Positions 17,276 through 26,931 of a stretch of 64,000 nt of DNA are shown here, piece after piece. Positions within the stretch are counted from its first letter, which is position 1; each line of letters opens with the position of its first letter. Under the pieces are notes generated by a model. The model did no database searches and was not told the origin of the DNA. It saw only the letters and a program-made list of their open reading frames with translations. The stretch comes from Minisyncoccota bacterium (lineage in GTDB: Bacteria > Patescibacteriota > Minisyncoccia > Phycocordibacterales > UBA9973), in assembly GCA_041661005.1 (NCBI GenBank), contig JBAZVG010000001.1:671515-735514 (forward strand), written 5' to 3'. Made by a program: the position numbers and the translations under genes.

Positions 17276-19578
17276 AATTTTTTACTTTTAATTCTTAATG
17301 AATTCGACACTACGGATACTGAAGACATAGCCATCGCGAATCCAGCAAAGACGGGGGAGAGGAGCCAGCCAAAGATCGGATAAAACAGTCCGGCTGCCAG
17401 TGGGATACCTACTATATTGTAAATGAATGCCCAGAAAAGATTTTGCTTTATTCCTCGCATGGTTATTTTTGAAAGCCTGATTGCTTTAACAAGCTTGGAG
17501 ATGTCTCCTCCAAGCAGGGTAATGCCAGCTGATTCTATTGCCACGTCTGTGCCAGTGCCCATGGCGATGCCCACATCAGCTTGCGCTAGCGCTGGGGCGT
17601 CGTTGACGCCATCGCCAGCCATCGCCACAATGTGCCCCTCTTTTTGCAGCTTTTCTATCTCTGATAATTTATCTGCGGGTAATACGTGCGCTATGACATC
17701 ATCAATGCCGACGAGCGACGCCATGTATTTTGCGGCCTTTTCGTCGTCTCCGGTAAGCATGATTACTTTGATGCCGAGCTTGTGGAGATCTTTCACGGCC
17801 TGCATTGACTCAGTTTTTATTTCATCTGCCACCATCACAAATCCCAAAACTTTTTCTGCTGTAGCAAGAATCACAGGAGTTTTTCCCTGCATTGTGTATT
17901 GTTCTAGTTTTGAATTATCGAAATCTAATTTCAGATCTTGTATCAGTTTTGCATTTCCAACAAAATATTCAACACTACCGACTGAGCCTTTTATCCCCCT
18001 GCCTTGCAAATTTTCAAAATTTTGCACCTCTAAAAGTTTTATATTTTTTCCTGCCCCGTAGGAAGTACTCTTTCCTTCGGGGTCTTGTGCATAACTCACA
18101 ACAGCGTGAGCGATAGGATGTTCAGATTTTTTTTCAAGTGATGCAAGGATTGACAAGAATTCTACATCTTTTAAAATTGAAAAATTTTTTATATCAACCA
18201 GTGTTGGTTTCCCGATAGTTATTGTTCCAGTTTTATCGACGATGACAGTGTCAACTTTGTGAAGTTTTTCTAATGTTGCGGCGTCTTTTATCAAGATTCC
18301 TTCTTTGGCGCCTTTCCCAACTCCAACAATAATGGCAGTGGGGGTGGCGAGTCCGAGCGCGCATGGACAAGCAATAACCAAGATACCGACAAAAGAAATT
18401 AGACCGAAAGAAAGCGCTTGTGAGAAACCGAGATATTGTGTGCCGATGAGGAGCCATGTGCCAAGAGTGACAAAAGAAATTATAAGCACAATAGGCACGA
18501 AGATGCTTGAAATCTTATCAGCTAGGGCTTGAATCGGTGCCTTACTTCCCTGTGCTTCTTCAACCATTTTTATAATATGCGCAAGCAATGTCTCTTTCCC
18601 GACTTTTGTCGCCTTGAATGTGAATGATCCAGTCGTGTTTATCGTCGCAGCTATTACGTCGTCTCCGACTTTTTTTTGAGCGGGCATCGGTTCGCCAGTC
18701 ACCATAGATTCGTCTATGAAAGAAGTTCCTTCTGTGATTATTCCATCAACTGGAATCTTGGTTCCAGGTTTTACAATTATCAGATCGCCATGCACAACTT
18801 GTTCGACAGGTATCTCAATTTCTTTACCACTGCGAATTACCAAAGCGGTTTTTGCTTGCAGATTTAAAAGTTTCTCAATAGCATCACCCGTTTTTATTTT
18901 TGATCGAGCTTCCAAATATTTTCCCAGCGCGATAAATGTAATGACGATGATAGTCACATCATAATAAGTGCTGTTTGTATTTATAAAAGGTTTGAGTATA
19001 TCCTCAAATGCCGAGACTGCAAAGCTGTATAGATATGCTGTCAGTGTGCCTATGCCGATGAGGGTATCCATATTTGCTTTTCCATGACGCAGAAAGCGAT
19101 AAAAACCCAAAAGATATGGTTTGCCGACAACAAAAAGTATGTATGTGGCGAATAGGGGAAGGAGGTGATGGAAAAATTCTTCAATCGTGAAACCCATCTC
19201 TGGAACTATGTTGTAGCCGGATAAAATTTCCCAACCCATTACGAATATGCTGATTACAGCTAGTGGAATAGCCGAAATTACTTTTGTTCGCATAGCTTTA
19301 ATCTCTGCCAGTTTTTCCCCGCCTGCATCAGCTGTGCTGAAAGCACTGCGGGCAGGTTTTTTAGATTGGTCAATGACGAGAGAATAACCCAATGGCTCTA
19401 TTTTTTGAGATAATTTTTCTGGGTTTGTTTTTGTTTCGTCGAAATTAATTTTTACAGACTCATTGCCATAATTTGCTTCCGCCATGTTAACCCCGTCGAT
19501 TTTTTTGAAAGTTCTCTCAATAATGCCTGCGCAAGAAGCACAATGCATGCCTTTTATTTTATATGTTTCTTTTTTCAT
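17272..19578 (-). CDS. copA: Copper-translocating P1B-type ATPase
   Basis: [32 protein letters not shown] and MAMSS. Confidence 0.96.
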   Translation of the reverse strand: MKKETYKIKGMHCASCAGIIERTFKKIDGVNMAEANYGNESVKINFDETKTNPEKLSQKIEPLGYSLVIDQSKKPARSAFSTADAGGEKLAEIKAMRTKVISAIPLAVISIFVMGWEILSGYNIVPEMGFTIEEFFHHLLPLFATYILFVVGKPYLLGFYRFLRHGKANMDTLIGIGTLTAYLYSFAVSAFEDILKPFINTNSTYYDVTIIVITFIALGKYLEARSKIKTGDAIEKLLNLQAKTALVIRSGKEIEIPVEQVVHGDLIIVKPGTKIPVDGIITEGTSFIDESMVTGEPMPAQKKVGDDVIAATINTTGSFTFKATKVGKETLLAHIIKMVEEAQGSKAPIQALADKISSIFVPIVLIISFVTLGTWLLIGTQYLGFSQALSFGLISFVGILVIACPCALGLATPTAIIVGVGKGAKEGILIKDAATLEKLHKVDTVIVDKTGTITIGKPTLVDIKNFSILKDVEFLSILASLEKKSEHPIAHAVVSYAQDPEGKSTSYGAGKNIKLLEVQNFENLQGRGIKGSVGSVEYFVGNAKLIQDLKLDFDNSKLEQYTMQGKTPVILATAEKVLGFVMVADEIKTESMQAVKDLHKLGIKVIMLTGDDEKAAKYMASLVGIDDVIAHVLPADKLSEIEKLQKEGHIVAMAGDGVNDAPALAQADVGIAMGTGTDVAIESAGITLLGGDISKLVKAIRLSKITMRGIKQNLFWAFIYNIVGIPLAAGLFYPIFGWLLSPVFAGFAMAMSSVSVVSNSLRIKSKKL
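18050..18082 (+). repeat. 33-nt CCTG-CCCCG..CGGGG hairpin element in frame in copA
   Basis: CCTGCCCCGTAGGAAGTACTCTTTCCTTCGGGG; encodes [11 protein letters not shown]. Confidence 0.8.
19318..19356 (-). repeat. 39-nt element in frame in copA
   Basis: Encodes [13 protein letters not shown]; 35/39 identical to the mutM copy. Confidence 0.93.
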
Positions 19579-19582
19579 TTTA

Positions 19583-19605
19583 TTTATGGTGAGCTTATCG
19601 AACTA
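19583..19605 (+). repeat. Degenerate TGGTGAGCTTATCGAA element between csoR and copA
   Basis: TTTA-TGG-TGAGCTTATCGAA-CTA; the final CTA is the csoR stop codon on the minus strand. Confidence 0.7.
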
Positions 19606-19866
19606 TTTACGCTTGAGCTGATAAACTTTTAAAATTTCCTTGGTTGCCTTGTTTATTTGACCGTTCTTTATTTGATCCACCAAACAATGCCCCAGATGAC
19701 CTTCCATCAGAGCGTCTTCTACATTTGAAAGACCCTGCTTGATGGCAGATGTTTGAGTAATGACATCTATGCAATAGATATCTTCAGCTATCATTTTTTG
19801 CAGTCCACGCACTTGACCCTCAAGAATTTTTAATCTTCGAATCAACTTTTCTTTATTTGTATGCAT
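19603..19866 (-). CDS. csoR: CsoR/RcnR-family metal-sensing repressor
   Basis: RLKILEGQVRGLQKM, YCIDVITQ, HLGHC (C-H-C ligand set). Confidence 0.93.
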   Translation of the reverse strand: MHTNKEKLIRRLKILEGQVRGLQKMIAEDIYCIDVITQTSAIKQGLSNVEDALMEGHLGHCLVDQIKNGQINKATKEILKVYQLKRK

Positions 19867-19872
19867 AGCTAA

Positions 19873-19901
19873 AGTATATACCCCCTAGGGGGTATTGTCA
19901 A
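19873..19901 (-). promoter_or_regulatory. Promoter TTGACA-17-TATACT with a CsoR-type operator in the spacer
   Basis: Palindrome ATACCCCCTAGGGGGTAT (19878-19895); the -10 box ends 6 nt before the ATG. Confidence 0.9.
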
Positions 19902-20034
19902 TGTGTATAACTTGTAATGACGGTGGTGTAAAAATGCTTGCTTGATATAAAAATAAATAGTGATAGTGTAATCAAAGAGGCGTAACGTGTGTTATGTTCT
20001 TTGGAAACAACAGAAACCTGAAACTACCAAATTC

Positions 20035-20532
20035 ATGAAAAAGACGATAGACAGATTACACAAGCAACTGGATGCTCACCAAGAGCAAGTTGCGGCGATT
20101 GTGTCAATGCAAGAGGTTCTTGCGGAATTCTCACGAAGTGGGAAATTACCCTCTGGTACCTCCTTTGAGGTCCATATTCAATGCTATAAGCCTGACCAGC
20201 GTTCGATCAGGACGTCGGCGGCTTCGGTGTGCCAGGCTTACGACGAAGCCGTTGCTCTGTGGAAAGAACACAATGCTAAACTCGGTGGTTGTGGCCGAGC
20301 AGAGCTTTTTGTCTGCACAGAAGCCTTGCTAGTTGCGGTATCCTGGGTGGACGCTGTACAAATTGCCAACAGTGAAAACACTGGCATGGTATTTTCTTCA
20401 ATACATTTTGGCGTTGACGACCGTTTGGTTGACGAGGTCTCCAAAACCGTCTGGAGGATAGGCGAGGAGTTGCCAGGCTGGCATGCAAACAAGTTTACCA
20501 AACACAAAACGGCAGAAGTTGTCACTGCTTGA
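20035..20532 (+). CDS. Hypothetical protein
   Basis: Open frame with its own upstream promoter-like region; no recognised motif; start uncertain (19987 GTG possible). Confidence 0.55.
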   Translation: MKKTIDRLHKQLDAHQEQVAAIVSMQEVLAEFSRSGKLPSGTSFEVHIQCYKPDQRSIRTSAASVCQAYDEAVALWKEHNAKLGGCGRAELFVCTEALLVAVSWVDAVQIANSENTGMVFSSIHFGVDDRLVDEVSKTVWRIGEELPGWHANKFTKHKTAEVVTA

Positions 20533-20604
20533 TGGGTTTACTTCAAAGGAATCGTCGCGACTTCCTCTTTCCATAATGGAAAAAAAATTGTCGCGTATCG
20601 TGTG

Positions 20605-20630
20605 GCCCGGATAATCAATATTATCTGGGC
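20605..20630. terminator. Hairpin between convergent genes
   Basis: GCCCGGATAAT-CAAT-ATTATCTGGGC. Confidence 0.6.
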
Positions 20631-20634
20631 TTTA

Positions 20635-21192
20635 CTATTTATATTGCGGAGCTTCTTCTTTTGCATTAGCTGAATGATTGAACATGCGGGCGAAGGCGTA
20701 AAGGACGCTCGAAAGACGATTAAGATAGGCTAGGGTGTCTTTACCTATTTTTATTTTTCCCTCGTCTGTGACTCCGACGACTCGTCTTTCAGCTCTGCGA
20801 GCTATGGTGCGAGCAATGTCGGATAGGGTAGCGAGCTCGGTGCCTCCGGAGACGAAAAAAGTTTTAATTGGCGGGAGAGTTTTTTCTATGCTATCAATAA
20901 TTTCTTCTAGCCATTTCACTTTTTCTTCGGCAATAGTTTTGGGAGCGCCGGCAAGCTCGGCTTGAATTATAAAAAGATCTTGCTGGATGCGGTCAACTGT
21001 TTCAGAAACAGTAATTTTATTATCAGGCAAGTTAAAAGCAATTTTTTCAGCTTTTACTTTTATTAGCCCAAGAAAAGAATTTATCTCATCGAGTGAACCC
21101 AATGCTTCAGCGATGCTGGAGCTTTTAGATATTCTCTGATCACAACCAAAAGTTTTAGTTGTTCCCGTATCTCCTTTTCTGGTGTATAACAT
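20635..21192 (-). CDS. pduO: PduO-type cob(I)alamin adenosyltransferase
   Basis: LYTRKGDTGTT, GSLDEINS, RTIARRAERR, YLNRLS. Confidence 0.93.
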   Translation of the reverse strand: MLYTRKGDTGTTKTFGCDQRISKSSSIAEALGSLDEINSFLGLIKVKAEKIAFNLPDNKITVSETVDRIQQDLFIIQAELAGAPKTIAEEKVKWLEEIIDSIEKTLPPIKTFFVSGGTELATLSDIARTIARRAERRVVGVTDEGKIKIGKDTLAYLNRLSSVLYAFARMFNHSANAKEEAPQYK

Positions 21193-21203
21193 AATTTTAG
21201 TGG

Positions 21204-21357
21204 ATTGAAACTATTTTTTGAAACTTGTTGCAGGTGTAGTTTTAGATAGACATTGCACAGGCTGACGAGCCGAGCATAGCAAATTTTCAGCAGAAAATTA
21301 TGTCGTGTCTAGATAAAACTATACCAAGAAAGAGTTTCAAAAGAAAATAGTTTCAAT
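21204..21357 (+). repeat. 154-nt palindromic element carrying both family B and family C modules
   Basis: Arms ATTGAAACTATTTTTTGAAACT / AGTTTCAAAAGAAAATAGTTTCAAT; second stem GGTGTAGTTTTA / TAAAACTATACC; contains AGGCTGACGAGCCGAG and AAATTTTCAGCAGAAAATT. Confidence 0.9.
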
Positions 21358-21365
21358 AATAAATT

Positions 21366-23672
21366 TTAGACTTCGCAAACTCCTGATACACAGGCAAATT
21401 CCTTTGCGCCAGTAGTGTTGTCCGCGGCTTCGTATTGAGAAAGTTTAGAGAAATCAATTTTGCCGATAGATTTGGCACGCTTCTCGTATTCTTCTTTGGT
21501 GATTGCTTCGTAGGGGGCAAGTTGATAGACATGTTCGGATCTTGGAAGGAAGGAAAGTCCACCAATCCAATCCCAGTTTTCATAAACGAAGTTTCCGACA
21601 GCTAGCCATTCGTTTGGGCCGACATAGATGGTGGCGGAAGGGTTGTGTTCCACAAAATGTTCCTTGAGTCTCTTCCATTCTTTCATCAAATCCAGCGCAG
21701 AAACTTCATCTTTAAAGATTGCCCCCTTTGGCGCTTTGACTGGGAACTCCAATACAAAGGTTGTGGCTGTCGCTTCGGATTGGCCAACTTCCGGCAAACA
21801 AGGCACTCCTTGATCTCGAGCCATTTGCAAAAGTGTGTCAGTGTGAGAGATGCGCACTCGACGGATGAAGTATGGAGCATACCAAGGGTGCATTCCTGAA
21901 CCGACGCCCAAAAGCTGTCCAGAGTTACCGTGGGGCTTTACGCAAGTGATGGCTGTAGAAGCATTTATTCCGAAACGTTTCGCGTATTTTTTATTTGTTT
22001 CTATGGAATCTGCTTTTAAAGTGTCCAATACTTTGTCGTCTCGGACTATTGGATTGTCATAATAGCCAGTGAGTGAGACGCCCAATAATCTTTCAGCTTC
22101 GCAGTTTTCTTTCCATTTCTTTGAAAGATAGCCAAAATTGGTCAAAGTGGATTGGTAAGTTCCCAGGAGTGTTGCCAATTCCATTTTTCTTTTCAAAGTT
22201 TCTACCGTATCTTTTGGACGGATAACAATACTGGTCAAGTTACAAAATTGTTTTGATCGCAAATAAATTTCTCCACAAGGATTCAGTCCGATCTGTCTTT
22301 CATCTTTGATGGCTGCCCACCTACGAGCTGGTAGCTGTTTTTCGAGTCCTCCGCGATTAAAGATTCCACGTTCGCCGGATTTTGATTTCACCAGAGCCGT
22401 CCATTCATCCAAAAATTCTTCAGCTCCTGGCTTTACATTATAAACTGCTGAATTGTTTGCCATACTCCTTTGGCCTTCGGTCAGATAAAATTGACCTTTC
22501 TTTGCATCACGCATATCCATGTCTTCGAGTTCAGAGAGGGATATGAGCGCGCTACGTCTGACTCCGCCAGCCACCACAATCATTCCTATTTGGCAAATGA
22601 TGTCGTGCATGTCCAAGTTCGAAAGGCGTCTGCCTTGTTTAGCTAAAATTTTTCGTCTTGCGAATTCCATTAAATCCATGAGTGGTTGTGGTCCGGATGC
22701 TCGTCCGCCAGCGGTTTCTAATCTCGATCCAGCCGGTCTGACAAATGAATAATCAAATTTTACATCTCTGCCATCAAACCACGCTTCAAGACCCATCACA
22801 AAAGCGTCTGCCCAGCCTTCTTTGCTGTCATTTACGATATGCGCGGTTGGCTTTTCTGCAGTTTGTTTTTTGATCTGTGGAAATTTTTGAACATTTTCCC
22901 ATTCAACAGCGAAACCAAGTCCTGCGCCACACATCGAGACATACATGATTTCTCCCAAGTCTTGCGGGCAAGTCGGAGCGATGTAAGAGCAGTTGTATGC
23001 CCAAACATTTGAGTTTCTACAAGCCTTACCGGCTGACCAGAGAAGTCGCATCGAAGGGCAAATGTCTTGATTTAAAATGGCTTCTCGAACCTCGCTATAT
23101 TCCTTGGCTGAGAGCTTGTCTCCCAAATTCTCTTTCATGTAGGCCATGTAACGGTCAATCGTCTCTACCCAAGTTTCACGACGGCCTAATTCTGGAACCC
23201 AGCGAGAGTAAAATTGATAGAAAATATATTCTGAGTAAGGGCTGGAAAAATATTTACTGGATTCTTCGACGGCTGTGCGGACCGCTTCGGACACTGGCCC
23301 GAAAGCGGCTCTGAGTTCTGAACGTCTGTTGCGATACAGGATATATTTTTTTGCTGTTTCGGTAAAACTTTGTTTCATTAATTCTTTTTCAACCAAGTCT
23401 TGGACTATCTCCACCGTCGGCAAGAATTTTGCTCCTTTGTTTTTGCTGACTAGGTCATCTCGAAGCCCGAGGAGGGTTTTAAAAACACGATTGGCTACCG
23501 CATGAGATTCCAATTCTCCTCCTTCTCCGGCAACTTCAAAAGCTTTGAAGATGGCTCGAGCGACTCTGTCTAGGTCGAACGGAACAACTTCACCAGTCCT
23601 TCTTCGGATCGATTTTATTTTTGCTCGGTCGCTTTTTAAAATTTTTTCACTTGCTGTTGTTTTTGTTTTCAT
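21366..23672 (-). CDS. nrdJ: Class II (adenosylcobalamin-dependent) ribonucleotide reductase with N-terminal ATP cone
   Basis: ATP cone, PSMR, YNCSY, NPCGEI, C-terminal CVSGVC; next to pduO. Confidence 0.9.
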   Translation of the reverse strand: MKTKTTASEKILKSDRAKIKSIRRRTGEVVPFDLDRVARAIFKAFEVAGEGGELESHAVANRVFKTLLGLRDDLVSKNKGAKFLPTVEIVQDLVEKELMKQSFTETAKKYILYRNRRSELRAAFGPVSEAVRTAVEESSKYFSSPYSEYIFYQFYSRWVPELGRRETWVETIDRYMAYMKENLGDKLSAKEYSEVREAILNQDICPSMRLLWSAGKACRNSNVWAYNCSYIAPTCPQDLGEIMYVSMCGAGLGFAVEWENVQKFPQIKKQTAEKPTAHIVNDSKEGWADAFVMGLEAWFDGRDVKFDYSFVRPAGSRLETAGGRASGPQPLMDLMEFARRKILAKQGRRLSNLDMHDIICQIGMIVVAGGVRRSALISLSELEDMDMRDAKKGQFYLTEGQRSMANNSAVYNVKPGAEEFLDEWTALVKSKSGERGIFNRGGLEKQLPARRWAAIKDERQIGLNPCGEIYLRSKQFCNLTSIVIRPKDTVETLKRKMELATLLGTYQSTLTNFGYLSKKWKENCEAERLLGVSLTGYYDNPIVRDDKVLDTLKADSIETNKKYAKRFGINASTAITCVKPHGNSGQLLGVGSGMHPWYAPYFIRRVRISHTDTLLQMARDQGVPCLPEVGQSEATATTFVLEFPVKAPKGAIFKDEVSALDLMKEWKRLKEHFVEHNPSATIYVGPNEWLAVGNFVYENWDWIGGLSFLPRSEHVYQLAPYEAITKEEYEKRAKSIGKIDFSKLSQYEAADNTTGAKEFACVSGVCEV

Positions 23673-23675
23673 GGT

Positions 23676-24221
23676 TTATGTTGTTTTAGGATTTAAGACG
23701 TTGATAAAGGGTATGGATTTTTTTTCTTTTTTCCGAATTAAGTAATTATAGATAGCGGGGGAGAGGATGAAAGCGAAGGCAATGTTACTTATCAGGTGTA
23801 GAGCCGTAAATGGGATTTGTCCGATTAACGACCCCCAAAACGATTGATGGAAGAATATCGGACCGACGGTGAACCCGGTCAGGCTGTCGAATAACAATGT
23901 TCCCCATATCGCAAAACGGACATAATCAGCCGTAGTGCCCTTGCTTTTTTTAAAATAACTTGTCGCCCATAGGCCGAGTATCCCAAAGGTTCCAGCGGTA
24001 AAAAAAGTCTGCATTCCGAGCGTGCCAGTCAGTGTGTCATAGAGCAAAATACTCAAGACCGCAAAAGAAAATCCTACAAAGGCTCCGTAAGCCTTGCTCA
24101 TGGGCATCATAGTCGTAAGAATCGGTTCTACATTTGGCGCGCGAAATGGAATAAGCCTTACTAGAAGGCACAAAATGAGAGCCAAAGAAAACTTAAAATA
24201 ATTTTTTTCGCCTGCGTTCAT
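23676..24221 (-). CDS. ECF-type S-component-like membrane protein, putative cobalamin uptake
   Basis: ~6 TMs, R.IP...PNVEPI motif; 3 nt upstream of nrdJ; start at MNAGEK, 7 nt after TATAAT. Confidence 0.65.
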   Translation of the reverse strand: MNAGEKNYFKFSLALILCLLVRLIPFRAPNVEPILTTMMPMSKAYGAFVGFSFAVLSILLYDTLTGTLGMQTFFTAGTFGILGLWATSYFKKSKGTTADYVRFAIWGTLLFDSLTGFTVGPIFFHQSFWGSLIGQIPFTALHLISNIAFAFILSPAIYNYLIRKKEKKSIPFINVLNPKTT

Positions 24222-24478
24222 CAGAGCCATTATACATGAAAATAGTCCCTTGATGTAAAGTGGATAACCGTATTTTTAGCATTAAAACACAGAATTTTTT
24301 TTTATAAAACACCTCGAGTGGAATCGGGTTTAAAAATGTAGTAAATCAGGTGTATTGGTGCGTTTATTCTACCAAATCAGAATCTATTTCTAAGATAAAA
24401 TATGGACTTGGTTTTGCGAAACTATTTTGCGGGAAGAATGCGGGGCGGGCGTTTGGGCTCTCTAAATTAATGTAGATT

Positions 24479-25483
24479 TTAATTTAGTTTGAAACTCGTA
24501 ACCATTTGGTTTAAGGTAGGATTTTTGTCTAAGTTAAGACCATTAGAAGAACCAGGAGCATATCCTACTTTTGTAATAAGTTTGTAAGCAATTCCATTTC
24601 GTATTGCACAATATTCAGTAGCACTAGCGGGACTATTCATTCCGCTCATCTCTTTACTCATACTAAATGTTAGAAAATTAATACCATTAATATTTGTATT
24701 AGTTCTGTCCGCACCACTAGCGGTATCACTACAATTAGGGGGTGACGATAAAACGCCATTATTCCAAGCTTGAGTTACTACTTGTACTATTACTGTACCT
24801 TGAGAAGTTGTAAAAAATATACTTCGTCCACCGCTTATGTCCACATCACTTATTTGAGTACCCGTAGGATGCTGAATTGAAAAACCATATTTAGTATTTG
24901 TATAAGTTTTCAAATTTGAAGTATTGGCTTGAGCAGTAATAGTGAATTGAACTGCATTACTTTTGCCAGCCATCTGTATAGTAGCTGTTTCAGGTAAAAA
25001 TAATGTTCCTTTTACTATTTGACCAGAGGCAATTGCCGAAGAATCAACCACATAAACTAATCCACTTTTTAGGCTAGGATAGTCACTTGGTTTGAATGTA
25101 ATGGTCTTTCCATCAACCGAAGGAAGACCAACCAACAAAGCAGAAGAAGAAAATACTACTGTATTTGTAGTTGAAAATCCTGTTCCCTTAATGGTAACTG
25201 TTTGGTTTGAACTGGCAGGATTTGGGCTTATAGATATTATTGATAGTGGTAAGACTGAATTATTTGTTTGTGTATTAATTGGTGGAGTAACATTATTATT
25301 CGTATTAGATGTTGTCGGCGGAGTATAATTCTGATCAGCTTGCGGGAAATAATTTGAATTATCACTTACCTCATTTTTCGGAGCTGAACTTTTTCCCACG
25401 AAGTACGCACCTCCGCCGACTGCTAAAACTCCAAGTACTACTATTAAAATTAAAACTGGCGCAAAACCTTTATTGTATTTCAT
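24479..25483 (-). CDS. Membrane-anchored protein with pilin-like KGF N-terminus, Ig/IPT-like and PsbP-like domains
   Basis: MKYNKGFAPVLIL.., IISISPN..VTIKGTGF, KTYTNTKYGFSIQHP. Confidence 0.7.
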   Translation of the reverse strand: MKYNKGFAPVLILIVVLGVLAVGGGAYFVGKSSAPKNEVSDNSNYFPQADQNYTPPTTSNTNNNVTPPINTQTNNSVLPLSIISISPNPASSNQTVTIKGTGFSTTNTVVFSSSALLVGLPSVDGKTITFKPSDYPSLKSGLVYVVDSSAIASGQIVKGTLFLPETATIQMAGKSNAVQFTITAQANTSNLKTYTNTKYGFSIQHPTGTQISDVDISGGRSIFFTTSQGTVIVQVVTQAWNNGVLSSPPNCSDTASGADRTNTNINGINFLTFSMSKEMSGMNSPASATEYCAIRNGIAYKLITKVGYAPGSSNGLNLDKNPTLNQMVTSFKLN

Positions 25484-25627
25484 AATGATTTAATTCTAAC
25501 ATAATTACTAGCTAGCAAAAAGCTCCTAGCCAAGCGTGGCAACCGTACGGTTACCCATACCGATTTCCCGAAATGTCGTGACCAACATTCTCTAAATTTC
25601 TTTCAAAGCCGTTGAGTTCTGTTTTTG

Positions 25628-25699
25628 TGCCCTCGGTAGGAATCGAACCTACATTTCAACTTCCGCAAAGTTGCGTCCTATCCATTGGACGACGGGGGC
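25628..25699 (-). tRNA. tRNA-Arg (anticodon GCG), CCA not encoded
   Basis: Cloverleaf: GCCCCCG acceptor (one mismatch), anticodon arm CAACT-TTGCGGA-AGTTG, T-arm GTAGG-TTCGATT-CCTAC. Confidence 0.93.
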
Positions 25700-25754
25700 A
25701 TTAAATCTAGACTAGCAGTTTTTTAGAAAAAACAAAAGCAAGATCAAAGATAGT

Positions 25755-26210
25755 TTAAAAACCCAAAGATTCCATTATTTTTGAAGATGGATGTTCCTTC
25801 ATTTCTTCTTCGGAAACATTTTTGAAAAGCATGATGGAACGTATATCTTCTGCCTTGTCATCATCTATGGGCATTGAGATAGCCGGCATAAATACTCTCT
25901 CTGATCTTATAAAGAGCGTAGGTTTTACTCCTGTTTGCACCCAAAAAGATTTTATATTTTCGTAAAGATAAAGGTGGTTTCTGATTTTCAACCCCTGATT
26001 GTTTAATTCATAAGAAATTAGGTCTGGTTTTTTAATTGCGAAGAACCCCAGCAGTAGTCCGCTTATAAAAAGGAGAGTTGCAAAAAAATAATTGCCGTAA
26101 ATAATCGAAGCGACAGAGCTGGTCACGACTATGACGCCGAGCGCCCAAAACCAATCAGCGCTCCGTTCTTTTTCTTCATATTCCAAGGCAGACCATTCTA
26201 GCTTGTCCAT
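25755..26210 (-). CDS. Hypothetical membrane protein (two TMs and a PH-like tail)
   Basis: W.A.EY..KERSADWFW, two TMs, IKSFWV. Confidence 0.8.
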   Translation of the reverse strand: MDKLEWSALEYEEKERSADWFWALGVIVVTSSVASIIYGNYFFATLLFISGLLLGFFAIKKPDLISYELNNQGLKIRNHLYLYENIKSFWVQTGVKPTLFIRSERVFMPAISMPIDDDKAEDIRSIMLFKNVSEEEMKEHPSSKIMESLGF

Positions 26211-26276
26211 GAGTTAATTATAACAACAAACGAGGAGTATAAACAAGTTTATTTGTTTGATATCCGAATGCTGTTG

Positions 26277-26891
26277 TTATATAGCAGTCTTATTTGCTTG
26301 AATAGCGGACGCTTTGGATTTAGTGACTATCTCATCAACGATTCCGTATTTTTTTGCTTCTTCGGCGTCCATAAAAAAATCTCGCTCCACATCTTTTTCT
26401 ACCTGAGCTAAAGATTTTCCAGTATTTTTTGCTAAAAGTTTGTTTAAATTATCCCTTGTTTTCAAAATATGTTTTGCCGTAATTGCGATGTCTGTGGCTT
26501 GACCCTCTACTCCGCCGAGTGGCTGATGAATCATAACTTCAGCATTTGGCAGGATGTAGCGTTTGCCTTTTTTTCCAGACGACAAGATAATCGCTCCACC
26601 GCTCGCGGCAAGACCGACACAAAAAGTAGAAACATCTGGACGTACATGGTTGATAGTGTCTACTATTGCCATAGTGGAGGTGACTGATCCGCCGGGAGAA
26701 TTTACATAGAGAGAAATATCCTTTTTTGCGTCTTCAGACTCTAGAAAAAGAAGTTGAGCGATTATGATATTAGCCGTATGATCGTCAATCGGTCCGCCTA
26801 AAAAGATAATACGCTCGCGTAAAAGCCGTGAGTATATATCATAAGCTCTTTCGCCAAATTGAGATTTCTCTATGACTGTTGGTATAAGCAT
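26277..26891 (-). CDS. clpP: ATP-dependent Clp protease proteolytic subunit
   Basis: [25 protein letters not shown]. Confidence 0.98.
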   Translation of the reverse strand: MLIPTVIEKSQFGERAYDIYSRLLRERIIFLGGPIDDHTANIIIAQLLFLESEDAKKDISLYVNSPGGSVTSTMAIVDTINHVRPDVSTFCVGLAASGGAIILSSGKKGKRYILPNAEVMIHQPLGGVEGQATDIAITAKHILKTRDNLNKLLAKNTGKSLAQVEKDVERDFFMDAEEAKKYGIVDEIVTKSKASAIQANKTAI

Positions 26892-26931
26892 ATTTATAAT
26901 ATTATCAATAAAAAGTTAAAATATCAATTTT

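Noticed and set aside
17423-18061. Long antisense ORFs in copA (similar ones in glyA, pilC and the DsbD gene)
   Set aside because: Shadows of well-supported genes on the other strand.
24231-24478. Cobalamin riboswitch upstream of the B12 operon
   Set aside because: No B12-box recognisable, and a -10 box lies 7 nt before the likely start.
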